From Octopus sinensis (lineage: Eukaryota): a stretch of DNA of 64,000 nt. Positions within the stretch are counted from its first letter, which is position 1; the number at the start of each line of letters is the position of its first letter. The notes beneath the pieces were generated by a model. The model did no database searches, was not told the origin of the DNA, and saw only the letters and a list, made by a program, of their open reading frames with translations. Below, piece after piece: positions 13,665 through 27,149 of this stretch. The stretch lies in the NCBI RefSeq assembly GCF_006345805.1, contig NC_042997.1:200632001-200696000 (forward strand), given 5' to 3'. The position numbers were made by a program, and so were the translations under genes.

Positions 13665-14235
13665 CAACTGAAGGAGAAAATGTAACGATTCTGTCGGACC
13701 TCCCAGTACATACAGACCGAACTATCAAAGCCAATAAACCGGATATAGTTGTGAAAGACCAAAACAATAAAGTTTGCTTACTGATCGACATGAGCATCCC
13801 CTGTGATCATAATATCTCGGCGAAAGAGTTTGACAAGCTCAGAAAATATAAAGACCTGCCCATTGAAATTGAGAAAATGTGGCATCTCAAGGCTGTTACA
13901 ATACCAGTGATCGTAGGAGCACTAGGAATGATCAAGAAGGGAACCGAAAATTATATGAGAATGATCCCTGGCTTACCATCCCTGCAAGAAGTGCAAAAGA
14001 TTGTCTTAACTGGTTCATCACACGTATTGAGAAGAGCATTGTCGATGTGAGAACTATTACTACCCATGCATTTTAATATAACTTTAAAAAAAATGAACGA
14101 ACTAGTGAGTTTAGTTTAATGGCCTACCAATGTATACTATGAGTTTCTTTGCCCTAGGAGTCGGGAAGACACTCGGCAAGAAATGGAAGCAAATTTGAAA
14201 GAAGAAAAAAAAGATAACAATAATAATAATAATTC
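13663..14235 (+). mobile_element. R4/Dong-type LINE family 2, 3' fragment (endonuclease C-terminus plus 3' UTR)
   Basis: Translates TDRTIKANKPDIVVKD..LLIDMSIP..KLRKYKDL..VIVGALGMIKKG..LRRALSM*. Lies between (TAA)n tracts and has a different 3' UTR from family 1. Confidence 0.85.
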
Positions 14236-14239
14236 CATT

Positions 14240-14760
14240 TGTTTCCAACAAGGGCGAAGGATGAGAGGGCCAATACAAAGACGGAAATAAAGTGTAGGGA
14301 TTTACATAAAATGAAATGATAAAAAATGGGGTATGTATACCCGGTATACACTAAAGAAGAAGAGACATACATTGTCTACAATGCTTAAAAAAGCGGACTC
14401 GGAGGATGATAGAGATGTTCCCCACGCCTGATACAGGAGGACCCCTAGGGATAATTGACGAACATCATTGTCCTAGATTTCCCCGATCACCAAGAGCAGG
14501 TGCCTTATCCAGTTCCTTCTCTCTGATTCACAGGCCTACACTTAGAGAGGTACCATCCAATATCATCGTCCTGCCTCTCCAGGAGCCCAAGTGCAAACAC
14601 ACCGATTTGTGAGTGTTGATTTTCGCCCCTGCAAACGACTCATATTTCTCTAGGATGGTACCGACCGTCTCCACTTCGTCCGGGGATGTCTTCTTATAAA
14701 ACCAAGTGAGAGATTCTCTCATATAGGCCCTTGGTGTAGCAAAGCACACACATAACGCCT
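14240..14760 (-). mobile_element. Tx1/L1-clade LINE RT fragment, decayed
   Basis: Minus-strand ORF 14528-14749 contains GTILEKYESFAGAKINTHKSVCLHLGSWRGR, typical of the post-YADD region of Tx1/L1 RTs. Boundaries are approximate. Confidence 0.55.
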
Positions 14761-15198
14761 AACGCAGTCTTCGGTGTTCTTATAAGATATCCGTGTTAAG
14801 TTGGATATAAAGATTATCTTTTGGCCTTAATACTGCTTCCAACGGTAAGAATGAATTTTTAATAAGCTTGTTGGGTATTTGCAACATCAGTGTTTGAAAA
14901 GATGCTGATATATCGTGGCAGCGAGATTTGACTGGCATACGGTGGTCGGAGGCCTCCAACTGATGATTTCCAGTGAGATGAAATCACATGATACGGGAGT
15001 TATGTCGCCCATGACCGAGGATTCTCATCTGCAACGATCTGTGTGTATCCTTTTATTCCTCAACCACCTTTAGGAGCGAATCTCTCAAGGCTAATAACAC
15101 AGTATTCGGTTTCAAACAAGGCATCCACGTTAAGCTGGAAATAAAGACTATCCTTAGCTATTAATATTACTTCTGTCGCTAATAACTAATATATACAT

Positions 15199-15407
15199 AA
15201 GGCGGCGAGCTGGCAGAATCGTTAGTACGCCGGACAAAATGCTTAGCGGCATTTCGTCCGTCTTTACGTTCTGAATTCAAATTCCGTCGAGGTCGACTTT
15301 ATTTTTCATTGTTTTGAGATCGATAAAATAACTACCAGTTGAACACTGAGATCGATGTAATCAATTTCTCTCCTCCGAAATAGGTGGCTTTGTACCAAAA
15401 TTTGAAT
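15199..15407 (+). mobile_element. SINE family A variant with a different 3' tail
   Basis: Head GGCGGCGAGCTGGCAGAATCG, B box GAATTCAAATTCC, central GTCGACTTT..TCGATAAAATAACTACCAG. Tail differs (..TTGTACCAAAATTTGAA). Confidence 0.75.
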
Positions 15408-15473
15408 ACATACATACGCCCACACATACACACACTCATATATATATATATATTTATACATATATACACATAC

Positions 15474-15513
<40 letters not shown>

Positions 15514-15518
15514 TAATA

Positions 15519-15562
<44 letters not shown>

Positions 15563-15644
15563 TAATAATAATATATATATATACATATATATGCATATAT
15601 ACATACGTATATGTACATACATCTATACGTATATATATATATAT

Positions 15645-15950
15645 GCATATTAGGGCACAGGATGTCACGAAACGTGTACAATAAAAAATACGAAATACGA
15701 GTACATGGAATATGAACTATTTTTCCGAACATCGAAAGACACAAATGGAAAACAAAACAAACAACATAAAGAACGACCCTTCATCGTTTGTTGGCTGTTA
15801 TTCTAGTCTCGTATTTCGAGCATTTAGCAACATCATAGGCTTCCGATAAAACAGTTGCGCCCGCAAAGCAAATTATATAAAATTTGAGATTTTGCGGAGG
15901 GTCAAAATTGGTAACACAAACAGGACAATGAAAACGTACAGGAAGGGCTG
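15645..15950. repeat. Dispersed repeat family X, copy 2
   Basis: Diverged homologue of 1010-1345. Confidence 0.55.
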
Positions 15951-16079
15951 CTAAGCCTAAGCGAGGTTATGGTGACGAACGCATAAACCAAACTTGGACA
16001 GGAGACAAAGACAAACAAGGACACTCCTTCCTTGTTCTAACTCCAACGGAGAGAAATAAATAAATAAATAAATAAATAA

Positions 16080-16151
<72 letters not shown>

Positions 16152-16290
16152 ATATTATATGCATGTATTACAATTTTTCTAAATTTTCAGATCTTTCTAT
16201 ATGCTAGGCTACTTACTGGTTTTAAATTGATATTAATTAAATTAATATTCAATTTATCCTCCTTATTCTTTAAATTTCTCCACTTTTACC

Positions 16291-16893
16291 CGACCCCACC
16301 TTGAATACTGCTGTCCACTGTGGTCTCCCTACACAAAACAAAATATTATGAGAATTGAAGCTCCCCAAAGGTCAATCACAAAAAAGATAGATGGCATGTC
16401 AGACCTTGACTACTGGGGTAGACTAGAGAAGCTGAAATTGTATTCACTCCAACGACGCCGTGAACGCTACATTATCTGTATGATGTGGAAAATATTCCAC
16501 CAGCACTGTCCGAATGATGTTGGCATCACCTTCAAAATGCATCCAAGGCTTGGACCACGTGCCATCCGTCCACAACAAAAATCTAAATCGCATCACATAA
16601 CGACAATACGGCACAACTATTTCACCTCAATTGGTCCTGCTCTCTTCAACATTACACCAGGGCACGTCAAAAAAGAAACTGACCACACAAAATTCAAGAA
16701 GTCTTTGGACAAATTCCTTCAAACAGTACCGGACAAACCACCCACACCCGGATATGTCTCCGCAAACAATAACTCTCTGCTCGAATGGGCCTTGGTGCCC
16801 CAATCCTGAACTGAAAGACTTCACCAGGTGGTGCTATTAAGTTAGACATGGCCTGGGCCATACTGGCCAAAACCTTTCTAAGTTATTCTAAGT
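16291..16893 (+). mobile_element. CR1-group LINE, 5'-truncated 3' end
   Basis: Open frame RPHLEYCCPLWSP..EAPQRSIT..LYSLQRRRERY (16291-16809), typical of CR1-like ORF2 C-termini. Short TTCTAAG repeat tail. Confidence 0.8.
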
Positions 16894-16931
16894 TATATAT
16901 ATATATATATATATAATATATATATATATAT

Positions 16932-16970
<39 letters not shown>

Positions 16971-16972
16971 TA

Positions 16973-17011
<39 letters not shown>

Positions 17012-17022
17012 TATATATATAT

Positions 17023-17074
<52 letters not shown>

Positions 17075-17091
17075 GTATATATTATATATAT

Positions 17092-17122
<31 letters not shown>

Positions 17123-17915
17123 GATATATGAAGATATATATGTTTGTCTGTATACTACAAAATAATCGTGATCATATTTTCCATCCATTTAAAGTACAAC
17201 AAAATAACGACATTTACAACAAAAAAATTCAAATTATACATGAAAAAAAAGTCTACTAAACGCAGAGAAGTAAATCTAATACATAGTATCTTTCTTTTCG
17301 TTTCTTTTTTCTTCTTTTTTTCTTCAAAGGAAAATAACGGAAAAATTACTAATTCTTGTACTGCTTCAGTCCAACAAATTCTAAAATGAATTTTAATAAA
17401 TAATATGATTATATTGCTAAAATCTATTTTTCTTACCGTTATTGCAGCTGTTGCGAACATTGCGACATGTTTCCAGTTATTGGTATTCTAATTTTTAACT
17501 TACAGAAAGAAAAATATAACCGCTTTTATTTTTTTCTACAAGCACCATGCCTTGAAACTGTAAACTTAAGTTCGGCTTCGTCGGCAATTTCTCTATTCAA
17601 CCGCTAAATCAATGAAATATTAAATGTTGTCAAATGAGCAGGTGTTTTTAACACGTTACGTTTAAAACGCACAACTATCTTTTAATCCAAGAACAAACTT
17701 TACATTTTTGAACTAAAGTTTGGGAATCGACATTATAGCTATCCACAGATCATCATCTATCAGTTATCCATTTCCCCACCCACCATTTTACTTCCATTCA
17801 CTGTCTTTCTTCGTTGCCATTTCTCTTTCAAATTTTGTATATCTTCGAATCATTCTTTTCTGCTGTCATCGTATGTTGTCTCTAGTTCCATAATGTATAT
17901 ACGTACATATATACA

Positions 17916-18297
17916 TGTGTGTGTGTTTTGTGATTGTTTGTTTGTGTGCGTTTGTGTGTGTGTGTTTGTGATTGTTTGTGTGTGTGCGTTTGTGTGTGTG
18001 TGTGTGTTCGTGTATGTGTATGCATGCGTGTATGTGTTTGTGTGTGTCTGTGTGTTTGTGTGTGTGTTTGTATGTGTGTGTGTGTTTGTATGTGTTTGTG
18101 TGTGTTTGCGTATGTGTATGTTTGTGTGTGTGTGTGTTTGTGTGTGTGTATGCATGCGTGTATGTGTGTGTGTTTGTGTGTGTTTGTGTGTGTGTTTGTA
18201 TGTGTGTGTGTGTTTGTATGTGTTTGTGTGTGTTTGCGTATGTGTATGTTTGTGTGTGTGTGTGTTTGTGTGTGTGTATGCATGCATGTATGTGTAT
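17916..18297. repeat. (GT)-derived minisatellite with ~129-bp higher-order period
   Basis: TATGCATGC landmark at 18019, 18149 and 18277. Confidence 0.75.
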
Positions 18298-18319
18298 ACT
18301 GTTGAACATGAAATAATTC

Positions 18320-20889
18320 CAGTGGCGGCCTGTGTATAGGAACTGCAGAACTGCAGCACCCCCTGTTTCTACTCGATATTATCGATAACATTCAATATAA
18401 CGAGTCCTTTTTTCTTTGATTCTTTCTCTATACATGTACATTATATAATTCTTAAGCTTAATGTCAGTAGCCATCCCCTAGTTTATGAAAAAAATTCAAA
18501 AATCCTTGTATAGAACTGTGTGCTTCATAGTTCTAGTGACGCGGTGTTTGGCTGTTGTGCGCATGCTCACATCTCCGAGATAGGAAGCTTCACATTAGGG
18601 AGAGAGAGTGCTGCGTGAACGACAGTGTCGGGTGAAAGGTACATTTCTTTTTGACTCCCCGTGTGTCGTGCTTAAAAACGTGTTTATATTCTTGAGTGTG
18701 ATAAAGTGTAGAATTAGATTATTATCCTGCTTCCAGCTTCAGCGTTGCCGCCAGGATTTGAGAAATAGGGCACATTTCCTCACCTTATTTTGCGATTTTT
18801 TTGTGTGTGTTTGTGTGTGTGTATGCATGCGTGTGTGCGTTTGTGTGTGTGTTTGTGTGTGTGTTTGTGTGCTTGTGTGTGTATGCATGCGTGTGTGTGT
18901 TTGTGTGTGTGTTTGTGTGTTTGTTTGTGTGTTTGTTTGTGTGTGTGTTTGTGTGTGTGTTTGTGTGTGTGTTTGTTTTGTGCTTGTGTGTGTATGCATG
19001 CGTGTGTGTGTTTGTGTGTTGTTTGTGTGTTGTTTGTGTGTGCGTTTGTGTGGTGTTTGTGGTGTGTTTGTGTGTGTGTTTGTGTGTGTGTTTGTGGTGT
19101 GTGTTTGTGTGTATGCATGCGTGTTGGCGTGTTTGTGTGTGTGTTTGTGTGTGTGTTTTGTGTGTTTGTGTTGTGTGTTTGTGTTGTGTGTGTGTTGTGT
19201 GTGTGTGTTGTGTGTGTGTTTGTGTGTGTGTTTGTGATGTGTGTTTGTGTGTGTGTTTGTGGTGTGTTTGTTGTGTGTGTTTGTGTGTGTGTTGTGGTGT
19301 GTTGTTTTTGTGTGTGTGTGTGTTTTGTGTGTGCGTTTGTGTGTGTGTTTTGTGGTTGTGTGTGTATGCATGCGTGTGTGTGTTGTGTGTGTGTGTTGTT
19401 GTGTTTGTTGGTGTGTTGTTTTTGTGTGTGTGTTGTGTGTGTGTTTGTGTGTGTGTTGTGTGTGTGTGTTTGTGTGTGTGTTTGTTGTGTGTGTTTGGTG
19501 GTGTGTTTGTGTGCGTGTTTGTGTGTGTGTGTGGTGTGGTTGTGTGGTTGTGTGTGTTTGTGTGCTTGTGTGTGTATGCATGCGTGTGATTTGTGTGTTT
19601 GTGTGTGTGTTTGTGTGTGTGTTTGTGTGTTTGTTTTGTGTGTGTGTTTTTTGTGGGTTTGTGTGTGTGTTGTGTGTGTGTTGTGTGTGTGGTTTGGTGT
19701 GTGTGTTTGGTGTGTTTGTTTTGTGTGTGCGTTTGTGTTGTGGTGTGTTTGTGGTGTGTTTGTGTGTATGCATGCGGTTATGCTTGGTGGCGTGTTTGTG
19801 TGTGTGTTGTGTGTGTTGTGTGTGTGTTTGTGTGTGTTGTTTTTGTGTGTGCGTTTGTGTGTGTGTTTGTGTGTGTGTTTGTGTGTATGCATGCGTGTGC
19901 GTGTTTGTGTGTGTGTTTGTGTGTGTGTTTGTGTGTTTGTTTTTGTGTGTGTGTTTGTGTGTGTGTTGTTGTGTGTGTGTTTGTGGTGTGTGTTTGTGTG
20001 TGCGTTTGTGTGTGTGCGTTTGGGGTGTTTGTGGTGTGTTTGTGTGTGTGTTTGTGTGTGTGTTTGTGTGTGGTGTTTGTGTGTGTGTTTTTTGTGGGCG
20101 TTTGTGTGTGTGTGTGTGGTGTTTTGTGTGGTTTTTTTGTGTGTGTGTTTGTGTGGTGTGTGTTTGTGTTGGTGTTGTGTGTGTGTTTGTGGTGTGTTTG
20201 TGTGTGTGTTTGTGGTGTTTGTGTGTGGTTTGTGTGTGTGTTTGTGTGTTTGTTTTGTGTGTGTGTTGTTGTGTTGTGTGTGTGTGTGTTGTGGTGTTTG
20301 TTTGTTGTTGTGTGGTGTTTGTTTTTGTGTGGTTGTTTTTGTGTGTGTGTTTGTGTGTTTGTTTTTGTGTGTGTTTGTGTGTGTGTGTGGTGTGTTGTTT
20401 TTGTGTGTGTTTGTGTGTGTGTTTGTGTGTTTGTTTTTGTGTGTGTTTGTGTGTGTGTTTGTGTGTTTGTTTTTGTGTGTGTGTTTGTGTGTTTGTTTGT
20501 GTGTTTGTTTTTGTGTGTGTTTGTGTGTGTGTTTGTGTGCTTGTGTGTGTATGCATGCGTGTATGTGTTTGCATGCGTGTATGTGTTTGTGTGTTTATGC
20601 ATGCGTATATGTGCGTGTGTGTATGCATGCGTGTATGTGTATACTGCTGAGGTTTTAAGAATCCTGTAAACTTTCGTGAGTGGGATTTTTGAAAAACAAG
20701 GGGAAATTTGCGGCGGTGTTCAGTGAACAAATTAAACACACTACCCAGCAGTGGCTAAAACGTGAACCGATCAAGTTTATGTATAAATTTTCTTTTTATA
20801 TGCTTGTTTCCTTTTACACAATATTAAAACAACGGCGAAAAATTTTCTGAAGCAGCACCTCCACTAATTTTATCTACGAGCCGCCTTTG
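18320..20889. mobile_element. Non-autonomous hAT-type element filled with degenerate (GT)/(GTTT) satellite
   Basis: Termini CAGTGGCGGC and GCCGCCTTTG (8/10 inverted match). Identical 8-bp TSD AATAATTC at 18312-18319 and 20890-20897. Confidence 0.75.
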
Positions 20890-21402
20890 AATAATTCTTT
20901 ATTTGAAATAGTGGATCTAGAAGGATATAAAACTATAAATTATTGCATGTAAGTACTGGGCTGAAAATCTCTCTTAGAAACGTCGAAGACGGAAACTGAA
21001 AGAAGCCCGTCAACGTGTGCAAATACATGTGTGTGTGTGTGTGTGTGTGTGTCTGTGTGTGTGCGCGTGTGTGTGTGTGTGTGTGTGTTGCGTTGGTGCT
21101 TGTCTGTCTGTGAGTCTTTGTTTGAGGTTGTGTTTGCTGTTAACCATGGTGAAGTAATTCACGAACAGTGAGGAGATAGAGCCTGTGCGAGTGCTGCTGG
21201 TTGCTGTGTACGTAGAGAGATGTTGACGACGTTAAGAAGATGTTGGCGACAGAGATGGAGGTCCTGAAAGCTGCTGAACGAAGTTGAGTCTCTATGTGGC
21301 TGCTGTTGTGTTGTCGCTGGAACTGGCTGTGTCCTGTGTGGTCAGTGGTTAGAACCTAAGTGGTCTGGAACCGAAAGACGAAAGACGGTGTTGAAGCTAG
21401 CA

Positions 21403-21479
21403 TTTTATAGCAAGCTATCAGCTCACCAGAAGATTGGAAGAGACTGTCACAGGTGAGCTTATCAGAAGGCTGCGATTGG
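21403..21479 (-). promoter_or_regulatory. Pol II promoter-like module (CCAAT, E-box, CCAAT, TATAAAA)
   Basis: Minus strand: CCAAT (21479-21475), CACCTG (21455-21450), CCAAT (21437-21433), TATAAAA (21409-21403). Motif match only. Confidence 0.3.
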
Positions 21480-21605
21480 TTGGGTCGCATATTGGAGACA
21501 AAAGTGCGCCAATACCATCAAATAAGAGTAGTGGACACAACAGAGTCCAAAAGGCCATCCGAAGGCTAGCTGTTATCTACTACGTCCGTACTCATGTATA
21601 TATAT

Positions 21606-21642
<37 letters not shown>

Positions 21643-21668
21643 GAGAGAGAGTCCGCTACATATCTATC

Positions 21669-21731
<63 letters not shown>

Positions 21732-21747
21732 CTATATATGTATGTGT

Positions 21748-21797
<50 letters not shown>

Positions 21798-21805
21798 ATT
21801 ATATA

Positions 21806-21836
<31 letters not shown>

Positions 21837-22278
21837 AGAAAAGTATTGAAAAAGAACGTTGGATTATCTTTGTTATTTTTTTATCAAGAAACAAAGTTTA
21901 CTTTTGTGATGTATAAAGAAGTTTTATTTTAAGGACACCGTTGTAATTTGAACGGATATTTGTCGTTGTGTGTATTGTGTGTCTAAATCATTGTAAAATG
22001 GGGGTAGATAGGAAAGAGATAGGAAAATAGATACGCAGAGAATTTTTAGTAACCTGTTAATGAAACGATAGTTATAGAATCGAAATTAGTCTAATGGCGG
22101 AAATTAGTAAATTATCCTATAAATTATTCAGTTATGAAATTGTGCAAGGACATAGAAATATTGTTATATCATGCATTCATGTTTTTATAGGTGATTAAAT
22201 GAGGTTAGTATACAAATGAATATAAATCTACATAGACAGCAAACGACTACTATACACATAGAAGCAAATTCTTACACT

Positions 22279-22317
<39 letters not shown>

Positions 22318-22424
22318 GTGTATATATGTAGGTATATATACACGCATATATATGTAAATATATATGAGTGTTTGTATATACGCGCATATATATATATACA
22401 CACACATATATATATATATATATA

Positions 22425-22920
22425 CTTGTCTTTTACTTGTTACAGAGATTAGACTGCGACCATGCTGGGGCACCTACTTCAAGAATTTTAGTCGAATGAA
22501 TCAACCGCAGTGGATTAATTCTGTTAAAGGCTGGTACATATTTTATCGGTCCGTTTTGCCGAAACGCTACATACATACACATACTTATACATAGACATAT
22601 ATTTCTGTGTGTGTGTGTCTGTGTGTGTGTGTGTGGTCATTAGGCTTCGGTCATGCTGGAGCACTTGTCAAGAGGGTTTTAGTAGGACGAGTCGACATCA
22701 GTATTTAAATTCGTTTAAAGCCTTGCACTTATTCAATCGTTTTCCTACGGCGAAATAAACTGACACCGGTTGTCAAGCGGCGGGGGACAAACACACACAC
22801 ACACACACACACACACAACACACACACACTATATATATATATTATATATATATATATAATATATATATATATATACGACGGGCTTCTTTCAGTTTCTGTC
22901 TACCAAACACGTTCACATGG
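22425..22920 (-). mobile_element. SINE family B composite remnants
   Basis: Contains GACGGGCTTCTTTCAGTTTC and CATGCTGGAGCAC / CATGCTGGGGCAC blocks shared with 1925-2571 and 50947-51300. Confidence 0.6.
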
Positions 22921-22952
22921 CTGTCTGTGTGCCTGTCTTTCTGCCTCTTTCC

Positions 22953-23045
<93 letters not shown>

Positions 23046-23181
23046 CATCTATCTATCTATCCTCTCTCTCTTCTATCTCCCCCTCTGTCTGTCTCTCTTT
23101 CTTTCACTCTCTCTCTCTCTCTCTATCTATCTATCAAGAAAAATATATTGAACCGTAAAAGAAAGAAAACATACTATGTAG

Positions 23182-23218
<37 letters not shown>

Positions 23219-23608
23219 GCATGAAAAACACACTCAACTCTAATTGTTTTAGCTTCAACGCACAGTTTCAGATCAAATCACGTACTTGACAAATAGAATC
23301 CACTTCCAGATGCCATCTTAATTCATAAGCGTCTCCATTGTCTTTGATTCATGAACCTTGACATCGCCCCTTTAGGATACACTAACGGTAATATTTCTAC
23401 TGTTTGGAATATAATTCAGCTCCACTATACCAAAAAATAAAAAGAGGAACAGAAGGGAGACACCCGAAAGATTTAGCAGTTTCATATTGGCTACAGCTGT
23501 TTCATAATTTACTCCGGGTTACTTCATTAACCAAGATGCATACGGATATCTATATCTATCTATCTATCTATCTATATATATATATATATATTATATATAT
23601 ATAATATA

Positions 23609-23648
<40 letters not shown>

Positions 23649-25493
23649 GTATATATATACGTATATACATACACAACACACATTATATATATGTACATAG
23701 GCACATTATAGAATAGAATTGTATTACCATACAATGTAGCGTGGAATAAAGAAAACTAATATTAAGACCATATCCTGGATATCTTTGTTAAGCCTTTGCT
23801 GCACAAAATAGAATGTGGATAAAATTCGAAGAAAAATCGTAAAAATTTAATAACAAATAACCCACGAAAACGTTAGTGAAAACCGATCTTGAAATATAAA
23901 CGTCAAAAATAAAGTGAAAGGATTTAGCAGCCAAAATAATCATACAAACAAGCAAATCAACAATCGCTGTTGTTTATATAGACGCAACCTTGTTACTGGC
24001 AACAAAAAACGCTAAAAAATAAATTAATTTGAAAGGAGAAGACAACACCAAATCTCAAAATTATAAGGAGGTTAGAATTAAAGAAGGAGTCACCGACTGT
24101 TGATAGGCATTCAGAAACCAAAGCCCGGAAGTAATAAAAAATTCATTCATAAATATTAGCATAAATGCTAGACACCAGTCTATACGCTCACTCACGCCTG
24201 CATACACATACTTATTCACCTACATATACATACATTTACACACAGATGTATATAAACATATATTGCAGAAATGTGTATATTTACACATACATTGTATATA
24301 TGTGTGTATATATATATACATATATACAGGCATATCGTATCTAATATCCCAACAAACCAATGTATAACATAATTTGCACGTAGGTAGAGCCAAATAGATA
24401 ATAAGTCGAGTATATATATATATATACACATATTAATGTAAGACAATAAGAGATAATAATAAAGGGTTACTAGAAAAGGGAACTGAAATGGCTGTGAGAA
24501 ACAGAACCAGATGGCGACCTCTATTATTTAGCAATCAGTATATCATAATGGCACAAAGTTAGTCGGAACTAAATTACTCATTGCTAATGTTAAATCGTAA
24601 TGCTGTGTACAGGGTAGTGGGAAGATCTAGAATTAAAAATCAATACTATATATGGAAACTAAAAGCAGAGTTTTCAATAAATTAAGGAATGTGTTAAGAA
24701 ACGTAGTGGCAGCAGAGTGTGGGCTCCACATGCCACGTAGTGCTCCAATGCCACCAACACACATAATTTAGTGGTTAAATGGATTTGTCTTTCTGAGTAT
24801 ATAAGAAAGATATATTACTTAGGTCGTGCATTTAATTATTATTTCATCAGGCTGATTAATTAGATTCAAATTTAGAACTATTTCTAATGGTTCGGATATG
24901 CATAACTCACATCTGCCTGCACACTTATATAACGCTCTGCAGTACGTACTGCCGATTTCATAATCTATGTTATTATGAGTGAACATCCATATAAATTTCG
25001 CTAATTAAGTGCAAAGCGTATTATTTCTATCTCTAAAAGTGTTTTGTGGTTATTCTACCAGAATTTGAATTTAGAAGTTGCTCCTGTATATACATGTACT
25101 TTAGTGAGTACACGTACATAATATTTCTACACAATACTCTTCATAGGGCATAAGTTATTAAGTAGACACAGATATTTATTCCTAAACTTACTTATTATTC
25201 AGATTGGTAGGATTGCTGGATCCCATTATAACCTTGCTTGCAGAGCAGCAATTAAGATTTCACATACCAACAAGTGGGCTATTTAAGCTGGGTAGGGTAT
25301 TAATTTTAACTGAAGACTTGGTATATGGTTAAAGCTAGTAGGGACACGGATTTGTTAGCAGAGACAAGACTCAGTTTGACATTGTTAAATGCTGCTATAT
25401 TTTCAGCGATATTTAGCGTAGTGGAGCAGGCTAATTTGACCGTACCTGTTGAAAAATGTTCTGTACCGGCTACAGCCAGGGAAATGCCTAGTG

Positions 25494-25554
<61 letters not shown>

Positions 25555-25564
25555 TGATGATGAT

Positions 25565-25875
25565 AGGGAAAGATATGCGATAAGGAAGAAAGAAAAGTTG
25601 AGAGATATGACAGGTTAGCTTGGAAAGTTAAGCAGGTGTGGTCGATGAAAAAGGTAGCAGTAGTACCAATAATTGTCGGAGCTTGGGAACAGTATGCAAA
25701 AATCTCGAAAAGTACGTGGAACAAATAGGGGATGCAATAAGGTAGGAGCACTTGCAGAAAACAGCACTGCTTGGAACCGCTCGAATACTCCAGATGGTTC
25801 TCGAAAAATAAGAGGTGTAGTGAACAGCTGACACTGTAGTACATCACCAGCGTTAGAAGCTGTGCAGAAGCAATG
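25565..25875 (+). mobile_element. R4/Dong-type LINE family 3, 3' fragment
   Basis: Translates, with frameshifts, KVERYDRLAWKVKQVWSMKKVAVVPIIVGA..LQKTALLGTARILQMVLEK*. Lies between (TAA)n tracts. Confidence 0.75.
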
Positions 25876-25893
25876 ATAATAATAATAATAATA

Positions 25894-25935
<42 letters not shown>

Positions 25936-25939
<4 letters not shown>

Positions 25940-26262
25940 GTGTCTGGAGAAACTCTCAAAATACAAAGACCTGGAAATAGAGGTAACTAGAATGTGGAAT
26001 CTGAAAACAGAAACAATTCCTATCATAGTAGGTGCATTAGGCATGATAAAAAAATATTCAGACAAATACATAACAAAAACACCAGGACTTACAAACACAT
26101 ATAACATACAGAAAATTGCACTACTAGGCTCTGCACACATCCTACGCAGAACATTTTCCATACAATAACCATCAGAGCATCACAACAAATGACAGCACAT
26201 ACCCAAGGCACACAGAGCTGCGCTCGGTAGTGAAGTGAAAGCACGCTATAAAAATAAAACTA

Positions 26263-26267
<5 letters not shown>
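25936..26267 (+). mobile_element. R4/Dong-type LINE family 1, independent 3' fragment
   Basis: KLSKYKDLEIEVTRMWNLK..plus the same 3' UTR as the array copies. (TAA)n on both sides. Confidence 0.9.
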
Positions 26268-26319
<52 letters not shown>

Positions 26320-27149
26320 GAGAAGAAGAAGAGGAAGTGGAGGAGTAGTAAGAAGAAGAGGGAACGACAAGGAAAAGAAAGAAAAAAGAAAGGAAGTATT
26401 AAACAAAAGTAAGAAAGGAAAAAGAAAGAAAATAGTTATATGTAATATGGCGGAAAGAAATGATTTTTCATTGTAGTATATGTGTACCTATGAAAGGTGT
26501 AAATAGCTATATGAGTATATACATAGTTATGTGTGTGTGCGTGCGTGAACGTATGTGTACGAATGCGTGTATGTAGGTGTGTGCGCACAGGCTTGTGTGA
26601 ATGGACGCTTGGGTATGCGTGTTTACGTATGTGTGCGTGTGTGTATGCATGTATGAATTTGTGTGAGGATATGTGCACGCATATGTGTATATGCATCTGC
26701 GTATGTGTACATTTATGTATTTATGTATGTATGTCATTGTGGTGTGTGTGTTTGTGCTCATGTCATACCAAAATTGATTTCGTAGTTTAGCTAACTTCCT
26801 AAAACCATTCAATTTGTTAATAAAAAAAACATAAAAAATATAATAAATCAACGATATTTTTACAATAATTGCCTTAATTAACGATCTGTAATGATTTCTA
26901 CCGATTATTAACGATTATTTGTTTAGCTTTCACTTGCAATCAATGTATTTTATTTCACCCCGTCCGCCATATTATATGTACAAGTCCACAAGGTCACCGA
27001 AAACAAATATTACTTTTAAACAAACACATTAATAGATTACAGTAAAAACTAATACGTAAATGGATCAAAAATAAATCAAAAGTTCGTAAAATCTTTAGTT
27101 TTAAATACAGACTAGACTATCCGTGACCCGTTGGGTTACCAATAGTTCA

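Noticed and set aside
17437-17604. Possible minus-strand exon with strong donors (GTAAGT, GTAAGA)
   Set aside because: In-frame stop unless a homopolymer error is assumed, and the implied intron is too short.
17850-20739. Very long ORFs (up to 666 aa; HT, CV, YI, SIYL repeats), here and elsewhere
   Set aside because: These are translations of (GT)n, (TA)n, (TATG)n, (TATC)n and (TAA)n microsatellites that lack stops by composition.
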